A stretch of DNA of 64,000 bases from Polyangiales bacterium (lineage in GTDB: Bacteria; Myxococcota_A; Polyangia; Polyangiales; JADJQN01): assembly GCA_964202905.1 (NCBI GenBank), contig CAXNJO010000004.1, forward strand, positions 322,345 to 386,344, written 5' to 3'. The notes under the pieces are model-generated. The model had not been told where the DNA came from. It made no database searches and saw nothing but the letters and a program-made list of their open reading frames with translations. Below, piece by piece: positions 54,704 through 64,000 of the stretch. How positions within the stretch are numbered: position 1 is the first letter of the stretch; every line of letters starts with the position of its first letter. A program made the position numbers and the translations under genes.

Positions 54704-57660
54704 GCGCCACCCCCGCCGGCCACGCGCGCCCCGACGACGTCCGCACAGCGTGCGCAGAGCGCCGGATGCGCGGCCCGCGCCCCGAGGTCACGGCGGTGGC
54801 GCCAGCAACGCGGGCACGCCGGCGCGTCGGTCTTCGCGACCGACGCCGCGAGGGCCTCGCCGGCGACGACCTCCACCTCGGACACCGTGAGCAACTCGGC
54901 GAGCTCGGCCGCGAACGGGCCGAGCGCCTCCCGCAGCGCGGGCGGGACCGTCAGCGTCGCGCGCACCTCGCGGCGATGGCCGAGCACCTTGCCCTTGACC
55001 TGCGGTTCGAGCGCCGCGTTGAGCGCCACGCGCACCGTCGCGAGCGCGTCGGCCGCCGCGAGCAGCGGCGCATCACCGGGCTCAGCCGTCGCGCCCTCGA
55101 TGCGCGCGCCGAGAAAGACGCTCCGACCGGCCTCGCCGGGCAGGTAGCGCCACGCTTCATCCGCCGTGAAGCAGAGCACCGGCGCGAGCGCGGCGATGGT
55201 CGCGCGCGCGATGCGGTCGATGGTGGCCTGCGCGCTGCGGCGACGCGGCGAGTCGTCGGCGTCGCAGTAGAGGCGGTCCTTCAGGACGTCGAGGTAGAAG
55301 GTCGACCACTCGCCCGTGCAGAGCTCGACGGTTCGGTGGTAGACGGTGCGGAAGTCGAAGGCCTCGTACGCCGCGTGCACGTCGGCGACGTATTTCCGGA
55401 GCCGCGCCCGCGCCCAAGCGTCGAGCACGTCGAGCGAGCCGGGCTCAGGCAGCGATGGGTCCCAGCCGTCGAGATTGCCGAGCAGAAAGCGCAATGTATT
55501 CCGCACCTTGCGGTACGCGTCGCTCACCTGCGCCAGGTGCGCCTTCGAGTAGCGGACATCCGATCGGTAGTCCTCGTAGGCGGCCCAGAGCCGCAGGATC
55601 TCGGCGCCCTCGGCGCGGATGATCTGCTGCGGGTCGAGGTACTCGACCTTCTCTCCCGCCTCCTGGCGGCGGCGGATGTCGCTCTTCGAGTACGGGCGCC
55701 CTTGCTCGTCGCAGACGAAGCCGTGCGTGAGGACGCGCTTGTACGGCGCGCGGCCGAGCACCGCGCAGCCGATGAGGAGCGAGCTGTGGAACCAGCCGCG
55801 ATGCTGGTCGGAGCCCTCGAGGTAGAGGTCCACGGGCAGCTGCGTCGTGTTCGCGTAGGCGCCCGGGCGCATCACGCTCCAGAACGACGCCCCCGACTCG
55901 AACCAGACGTCGAGGATGTTCGGGTCCTTGTCGTGGTCGCGGCCGCCGCACTTCGCACAGGCGTACTCGGGGGGGACCAGCTCCGCGGCCTCGCGCGTGT
56001 ACCAGACGTCCGCGCCCTCGCGGCCGAACACGCCCGCGACGTGGGCGAGCGTGGGCTCGCTGAGGTCGACGTGACCGCAGGATTTGCAGTGGAACGCGGG
56101 GATCGGCACGCCCCACGCGCGCTGACGCGAGATGCACCAGTCGGGCCGGTCCTTGATCATCCCGTGGATGCGGTCACGGCCCCACGCGGGGATCCAGCCG
56201 CTCTCGCCGGGGCCCACGTCGCGACCCGCAGCCATCGCGTCGATCTCCTCGAGCGCGACGGCGCGCAGCGACTTCGCGTCGGCGCGCGCGGTCATCGGCG
56301 CGTCGAGCGAGATGAACCACTGCGTCGTGGCCCGGAAGATCACCGGCTTCTTGCAGCGCCAGCAGTGCGGGTAGCTGTGCGCGAGCGTCTCGCCCTCGCG
56401 GTTCGCGAGGCGGCCCGTCTCGGCGAGCAGGCGCACGATGATCGGGTTCACCTCGTAGACGTGCTTGCCCTGCCACTCGGCGCGCACCTCGCCCGTGAAG
56501 CGCGCGGCGTCGTCGAGCGGCGCAAACGTCTCGAGGCCGTGGCGCATGCCGAGGACGTAGTCGTCCGCGCCATGACCGGGCGCGGTGTGCACGAGCCCGG
56601 TGCCGGCCTCGAGCGTGACGTGATCGCCAGTGAAAATGGGCGATCCGCGGTCTTCGAACGGGTGACGCGCGGCGACGCCGGCCTGCTCGATCGCCTCGCC
56701 GTCGAAGGCTGCGCCGACCACCGCGCCCTCGCGCCGCGTCGCGGCGAGCACGCGCTCGACCATGTCCCGCGCGAGGAGCCAGCGCTCCGTCGCGCCGTCG
56801 ACCTGCACCTCGACCAGCGTGTACGCGTGCTTCGGGTTCACGGCGATCGCGAGGTTCGCGGGGAGCGTCCAGGGCGTGGTCGTCCAGATGACGGCGAAGG
56901 TCGGCGTCGCCGCTGCCTCCACGCCTGCGAGCGCGTGCACGCGCTCCGCGTCGGCGCCCACGAGCGGAAACTTCACGTAGATGCTCGGGCTCGTGTGCGG
57001 CGCGTACTCGACCTCGGCCTCCGCGAGCGCCGTGCGGTCGTTCCCGCACCAGTAGACGGGCTTCTTGCCGCGGTAGACGAGGCCGTTCTTCACGAAGGCC
57101 GCGAGCGCCTCGACGATGCCCTGCTCGTAGACGGGCTGCATCGTGAGGTACGGCTCGCTCCACGTGCCGAAGACGCCGAGGCGCTGGAACTCGGCGCGCT
57201 GCGCGTCGATCCACGTCTCGGCCTCGACGCGGCAGGCCGCCCGGAGCGCGGGGCGCGTGCTGCCGCGGTGCGCCTTCTCGACGTTCAACTCGATCGGGAG
57301 GCCGTGGCAGTCCCAACCCGGCACGAAGCGCGCCGCGCGGCCGGCGAGCAACTGGTACTTCGTGACGATGTCCTTGAGGACCTTGTTGAGGATGTGCCCG
57401 TAGTGGATGTGCCCGTTCGCGTAGGGCGGGCCGTCGTGGAAAACGAACGCGGGCGCCGCGGCGCGGGCCTCGAGGGCGCGCTCGTACAGATGCTCCTCGG
57501 CCCAGCGGGCGAGGGTCTCCGGCTCCCGCTGGGCCAGGTTGGCCTTCATCGGGAAGTCGGTCTTCGGGAGGCGGATCGTGGCTTTGTAGTCGGGCGTCTC
57601 GGGGGTCGAATCGGTCACGGCGGCCTCGGTGTCCGGCTGAGCCTCACGGCTTCCGGGCAA
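54700..57660 (-). CDS. ileS: isoleucine--tRNA ligase
   Basis: PYANGHIHYGH HIGH motif, KMSKS-type region, zinc-binding C-terminus CPRCWRH...CARC. The start may be slightly internal. Confidence 0.9.
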   Translation of the reverse strand: MPGSREAQPDTEAAVTDSTPETPDYKATIRLPKTDFPMKANLAQREPETLARWAEEHLYERALEARAAAPAFVFHDGPPYANGHIHYGHILNKVLKDIVTKYQLLAGRAARFVPGWDCHGLPIELNVEKAHRGSTRPALRAACRVEAETWIDAQRAEFQRLGVFGTWSEPYLTMQPVYEQGIVEALAAFVKNGLVYRGKKPVYWCGNDRTALAEAEVEYAPHTSPSIYVKFPLVGADAERVHALAGVEAAATPTFAVIWTTTPWTLPANLAIAVNPKHAYTLVEVQVDGATERWLLARDMVERVLAATRREGAVVGAAFDGEAIEQAGVAARHPFEDRGSPIFTGDHVTLEAGTGLVHTAPGHGADDYVLGMRHGLETFAPLDDAARFTGEVRAEWQGKHVYEVNPIIVRLLAETGRLANREGETLAHSYPHCWRCKKPVIFRATTQWFISLDAPMTARADAKSLRAVALEEIDAMAAGRDVGPGESGWIPAWGRDRIHGMIKDRPDWCISRQRAWGVPIPAFHCKSCGHVDLSEPTLAHVAGVFGREGADVWYTREAAELVPPEYACAKCGGRDHDKDPNILDVWFESGASFWSVMRPGAYANTTQLPVDLYLEGSDQHRGWFHSSLLIGCAVLGRAPYKRVLTHGFVCDEQGRPYSKSDIRRRQEAGEKVEYLDPQQIIRAEGAEILRLWAAYEDYRSDVRYSKAHLAQVSDAYRKVRNTLRFLLGNLDGWDPSLPEPGSLDVLDAWARARLRKYVADVHAAYEAFDFRTVYHRTVELCTGEWSTFYLDVLKDRLYCDADDSPRRRSAQATIDRIARATIAALAPVLCFTADEAWRYLPGEAGRSVFLGARIEGATAEPGDAPLLAAADALATVRVALNAALEPQVKGKVLGHRREVRATLTVPPALREALGPFAAELAELLTVSEVEVVAGEALAASVAKTDAPACPRCWRHRRDLGARAAHPALCARCADVVGARVAGGGGA

Positions 57661-57748
57661 GCATCACGGTGACCGGGCGAGCATCACGCGCCGCGCGGTC
57701 AGGGCGGTGGGTCAGGGGGCGGCGACGCCGCGGCGTGCGGCGATGCGC

Positions 57749-58330
<582 letters not shown>

Positions 58331-58442
58331 AGGCGGCGCGATGCTAGCAGCGCCGCGTGGCCGCGTCGACCGCCCGCCCACGCCGACCGGGCCGGCGTCA
58401 CGGGGCCGCCCGACGGCGGCGCGTGACACGCGCGACGACGGA

Positions 58443-58519
58443 CCGTGACACACAAAATGTCGCCGGAAGCTTGACGTGAGTCACGCCGTGATACACAAAT
58501 CGACCCGTGACACACGACG
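58443..58519. promoter_or_regulatory. Three direct repeats CCGTGAYACAC(AA) plus the palindrome CGTGAGTCACG in the FKBP / RHH-gene divergent intergenic region
   Basis: ccgtgacacacaaaa (58443), ccgtgatacacaaat (58486), ccgtgacacacgacg (58505). cgtgagtcacg lies at 58476-58486. Confidence 0.3.
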
Positions 58520-59196
58520 ACACCCTGCACGCCACCACCCCGGACAGCACGGCGGCGCCCGCCTCTTCCGCCCCCCCTTCGCCGTCCCAGCCATCCGCGG
58601 GCGAGCCCGCCGGGAGCCCTCTCGAAGGCCATCGTGCTCCCGACGCTGCCCACGCCGCCGACGCGCCCGACGCGGGCGACGAAGGCCGCGGGCGCAAGGA
58701 GCGTGTGCTCCACACGCGCGTTCCGGGCGTGCTCGAGGACGAGTTGAAGCGCCTCGCGACGTCGCTCCGCGTGCCGGTCTCCAACGTCGTGCGCGCGATC
58801 CTCGAGGACGCGGTCGAGGCGGCCGATCGCGTCTCGCGCCGCACCGAGGGCGGGCTGCGCGGCTGGACGGATCGGCTCGCGGAGGAGCGCGTGCGGCTCC
58901 GCGAGCGCGTGGTGCCGCCCCGCCCCCGCGAGACCGCACCCGCTACGCCGGACGGCAGCCCGGCCCCACTCGCGCCCGCCCCGGGCACGTCCGGAGCCCG
59001 CACGCCGGACGCGCCGGCCCCGCTCGCGGGCGTGCTCGGCTTCCAGGCCCTGCTCCTCGCGACGGTCGCACACTGCACCCTATGCGGCCGCGAGCTGGGC
59101 GCGGGCGAGGAGGCCTTCCTCGGCATCCGCGAGGCCACGGGACCGCGCGTGCTCCTCGGTCGCGAGTGCCTGCCCGGCCGCATGTCGGCGGGCTGA
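58507..59196 (+). CDS. hypothetical protein with a low-complexity N-terminus and a ribbon-helix-helix-like segment (VLHTRVPGVLEDELKRLATSLRVPVSNVVRAILEDAV) plus C-terminal CxxC
   Basis: ORF with a GTG start inside the third direct repeat. The start is uncertain. Confidence 0.35.
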   Translation: MTHDDTLHATTPDSTAAPASSAPPSPSQPSAGEPAGSPLEGHRAPDAAHAADAPDAGDEGRGRKERVLHTRVPGVLEDELKRLATSLRVPVSNVVRAILEDAVEAADRVSRRTEGGLRGWTDRLAEERVRLRERVVPPRPRETAPATPDGSPAPLAPAPGTSGARTPDAPAPLAGVLGFQALLLATVAHCTLCGRELGAGEEAFLGIREATGPRVLLGRECLPGRMSAG

Positions 59197-59212
59197 TCCC
59201 CCATTCATCCAA

Positions 59213-59233
59213 AACGTGAACGCCGTTCACGTT
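59213..59233 (+). terminator. Hairpin AACGTGAAC-gcc-GTTCACGTT (9-bp stem) followed by tcttcccc; a candidate terminator or operator
   Basis: Perfect inverted repeat 17 nt after the stop of the 58507..59196 gene. Confidence 0.35.
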
Positions 59234-59282
59234 TCTTCCCCACGTCCCCCTCGCACAACCACGCACGCACCACGGAGAAGCC

Positions 59283-59552
59283 ATGCACACCACCGATACG
59301 ACCCCCGAGACGACCGCGCACGCAGACCGCCACACCGCCGGCGTGCAGCCCGAGACCGACTACGTCCTCACCGATGCGCTCGGCGCGCTCGCGCGGGTCG
59401 GTCTGCTCTGGGCCCGCCACGGCGTCGGCATGGGGCGCTCTGCCCTCGACGCGAGCGCGGCGACGCTCCGCGCGACGTCGGACGTCCTGCGTGCCGTCGG
59501 CGAGCGGCTCGAGGTCGATGCGCCGACCGAGACGCCGCGCCCCCCGCGCTGA
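59283..59552 (+). CDS. small hypothetical protein (89 aa)
   Basis: GGAGAAG RBS 5 nt before the ATG. Non-repetitive sequence. Confidence 0.4.
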   Translation: MHTTDTTPETTAHADRHTAGVQPETDYVLTDALGALARVGLLWARHGVGMGRSALDASAATLRATSDVLRAVGERLEVDAPTETPRPPR

Positions 59553-59555
59553 CGC

Positions 59556-63209
<3,654 letters not shown>

Positions 63210-63216
63210 GGCGCGC

Positions 63217-63891
63217 TCAGAAGGTGAGCAGCGGCTCTCCGCGGACCTTGCGCAGCACGTTCGTGAACTGGTCGGCGTTCCAGGCGGCGACGTTGGTGGA
63301 GTCGACGCGCACGCCGTCGAGCCGCTGCACCCAGCCGATGCGCGTGACGCCCGGCGCGACCTCGAGCAACTCGATGGTGCCCGCCATCCGCCGCACGAGG
63401 CTCGATCCCCACGTCTTCTGGTAGGCGGCGATCACACGCCGCGGGGCCGCGAGCGTCCCCTCGACGACGCTCTGCCGCCACGTGAGTTCGAAGCTCACCG
63501 TGATCAAATCTTCGATGAAATAGCGGGTGGCGAAGCTGACGTCGTACTCGGGCTCGACGTCCCAGCGCGCTTCGTAATAGGTGATGGCCCTGCGATCCGC
63601 GACGACTTCCGTGTCCTGAAACGCGTCCCACACCTGCGCGACGGGCGCCTTCACGTACGCGTAGCCGTGCAGCCAGCCCCCGCCGTCGTCGTCACCCGTG
63701 ACGAACGAACGCACCTCGGGGAAGGCGTCCGTCGGCGTCGCGGCGGGCGGCGTCGCGGTGTTCTCCTCGATGGGGATCAGGCCTTCCGGGAACTGCGTGA
63801 CCACGTCCTCCTGACAGCCGCACACCCAGGCGGCCACGAGGAGCGCGGACACGGGGAGGACGAACACGCTTCGCAGGCAGGGTCGGCGCAT
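63217..63891 (-). CDS. hypothetical lipoprotein (lipobox VAAWVCGC)
   Basis: Signal peptide [26 protein letters not shown]. 224 aa. Confidence 0.55.
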   Translation of the reverse strand: MRRPCLRSVFVLPVSALLVAAWVCGCQEDVVTQFPEGLIPIEENTATPPAATPTDAFPEVRSFVTGDDDGGGWLHGYAYVKAPVAQVWDAFQDTEVVADRRAITYYEARWDVEPEYDVSFATRYFIEDLITVSFELTWRQSVVEGTLAAPRRVIAAYQKTWGSSLVRRMAGTIELLEVAPGVTRIGWVQRLDGVRVDSTNVAAWNADQFTNVLRKVRGEPLLTF

Positions 63892-64000
63892 CGGTCAGCA
63901 ACATACAACGAGCCCGCGCATCCTGGCGAGGACGCGACGTGCGGGCGCGCGTGACGCGACGCGTCTTCAGCGAGTCCGTGCACGACCCGTGCGGCGCGCC

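Noticed and set aside
59213-59233. parS site near parAB
   Set aside because: The palindrome AACGTGAAC-gcc-GTTCACGTT has its half-sites in the opposite order to parS (TGTTTCAC-GTGAAACA) and an odd-length centre. It is also 8 kb from parAB. I kept it as a hairpin/operator candidate instead.

Overview
This is a 64-kb, very GC-rich (about 70% or more) chromosomal segment. The content points to a myxobacterium-like organism (Myxococcota): many lipobox lipoproteins, a PEGA-domain Ser/Thr kinase, a 'Myxococcus cysteine-rich repeat' lipoprotein, and a sigma-54 enhancer-binding protein. Because of the GC content, nearly every long antisense ORF in the six-frame track is an artefact. I called about 50 genes by recognisable motifs and by stop/start coupling.

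Layout, left to right. On the minus strand: aroA (runs off the window start), a lipoprotein, hisC, pheA, mutS. Then two paralogous beta-propeller-like lipoproteins and a PEGA Ser/Thr kinase. Then glyS, glyQ, scpB, scpA and a site-2 protease as one operon. A few small + strand genes follow. A minus-strand block (19.7-25.7 kb) holds a Cys-rich repeat lipoprotein, bcp, an ApaH-like phosphatase fused to a Rieske domain, a second Cys-rich gene, map and a MATE transporter. In that block 22.08-25.25 kb carries at least seven apparent frameshifts.

At 26.05-32.68 kb sits the most interesting feature. It is a compositionally distinct, lower-GC (about 60%) operon of four translationally coupled + strand genes. 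Three are unrecognisable coiled-coil, membrane or beta-helix proteins; the fourth is an SPFH (Band_7_1, YdjI-like) scaffold with a TerB-like tail. I propose it as a candidate undescribed membrane-associated system.

Downstream: a GMC oxidoreductase operon under a divergent GntR/FadR-type regulator, a fatty-acid hydroxylase, an MMPL exporter coupled to a cystathionine-lyase-like PLP enzyme, a GAF sigma-54 activator divergent from ahpC-ahpD behind a -24/-12 promoter, and a complete oleABCD olefin cluster. Then parAB, folD, lgt, lspA, ileS, an FKBP lipoprotein containing a (GGC)15 microsatellite, a 5-oxoprolinase and a lipoprotein.

I saw no rRNA, CRISPR array, transposase or integrase. tRNAs cannot be excluded by eye.
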